NCBI GenBank assembly: GCA_013416795.1
Contig: RQSC01000015.1
Coordinates: 1 to 6,325 of the forward strand
Length of the DNA: 6,325 nt
Origin: Prasinococcaceae sp. CCMP 1430
Lineage: Eukaryota > Plantae > Prasinodermophyta
Reading direction: 5' to 3'
The stretch's first letter is position 1; every line of letters begins with the position of its first letter. The position numbers and the translations under genes were made by a program. The notes beneath the pieces are model-generated. The model saw only the letters and a list, made by a program, of their open reading frames with translations. It searched no databases and was not told the origin of the DNA. Of the stretch, positions 5,702 through 6,325 are shown one piece after another.

Positions 5702-6325
5702 TCGGCGTTCGCCGCGGGCGGCGGGGACGCGGGCGCGCAGGGCAACGGCGCCCCCTCGGGGGCCGACGCCGGTGCGGAGACCTTCACGTTGCCGGACGGC
5801 CGCACGGTGCGCGCTGCGCTGCGCGCGCGCATCCGCGCATCCGCGCATCCGCGCAGGCCGCACGGGCCGCACGGGTGCGCGCTGCCGCGCGCTTGACGCT
5901 CCCTCCCATCCCGCCTCCTCCTGACGCCCACCCATCGCGCTCGCCGCTCCCGACCCTCGCGCGCCGCAGTTCTCCGTCGGCGAGTCCGTGCGCCTGACGG
6001 CTGGGGAGTGCCTCTTCGACCCCGCTTTGGTAGGACAAGGCGACGAGAGCCCCTTGCACAACCTGGTCTACCAGGCGGTGCTGGCCTGCCCGGCCGACAG
6101 CCGCAAGGCGCTGTGGGAGACGATCGTGCCCTGCGGTGGCGCGGCCTGTGTCGAAGGTGCGGCGGCGGCGGCGGCGGCGCGCGCGCGCGCGCGCACGCGT
6201 GCGCGCGCCCCGGCGCGTTTTCGGCGCTCCCGCGACCCTCGCGCCATGCCGGCGTTCAGGTGGTCGACCCGGGGTAAACTCTCGCCCATCGTGCGCGCAC
6301 ACCCGTCGCTGACGCACGCGCCATG
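5702..6325 (+). repeat. 624-bp direct duplicate of 2514-3137 (internal ARP7 fragment: part exon 5702-5806, intron, exon 5970-6156, part intron)
   Basis: Constant offset of 3188. No differences were seen by eye, including in introns and microsatellites. The copy runs to the window end. Confidence 0.95.

Noticed and set aside
3290-5896. 868-aa (+), 746-aa (-) and other long Arg/Ala/Gly-rich ORFs
   Set aside because: These are shadow frames of real genes in stop-poor GC-rich DNA, and they span the N gap.
3503-6061. 852-aa minus-strand ORF suggesting an LPA1-like/coiled-coil fusion with a long leader
   Set aside because: It is continuous only because Ns translate as X and the estimated gap happens to keep the frame. 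The leader is antisense ARP7 beginning at TTG. Two separate genes are more parsimonious.

Overview
The window is the left end of a eukaryotic chromosome or scaffold from a very GC-rich green-lineage organism, probably a green alga. That assignment is inferred from the plant-type TTTAGGG telomere, a plant-type ARP7, an LPA1/REP27-family gene and TGTAA poly(A) signals. Layout: 8 CCCTAAA repeats; a 32-bp telomere-like palindrome; a subtelomeric Pro-rich, membrane-anchored ORF with no ATG; an internal cluster of telomere-like motifs at 1571-1621; a spliced actin-related protein 7 gene (+, four exons 1895-3417, N-terminal exons not found); a convergent type II membrane coiled-coil gene (-, 3503-4249); a 632-N gap; a 5'-truncated LPA1-like gene (-, 4921-5701); and an apparently exact 624-bp second copy of part of ARP7 (5702-6325 = 2514-3137). 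Most long ORFs in the supplied track are by-products of high GC content or of reading through N gaps. The assembly is gapped, so the truncations and the duplication could be artefacts.
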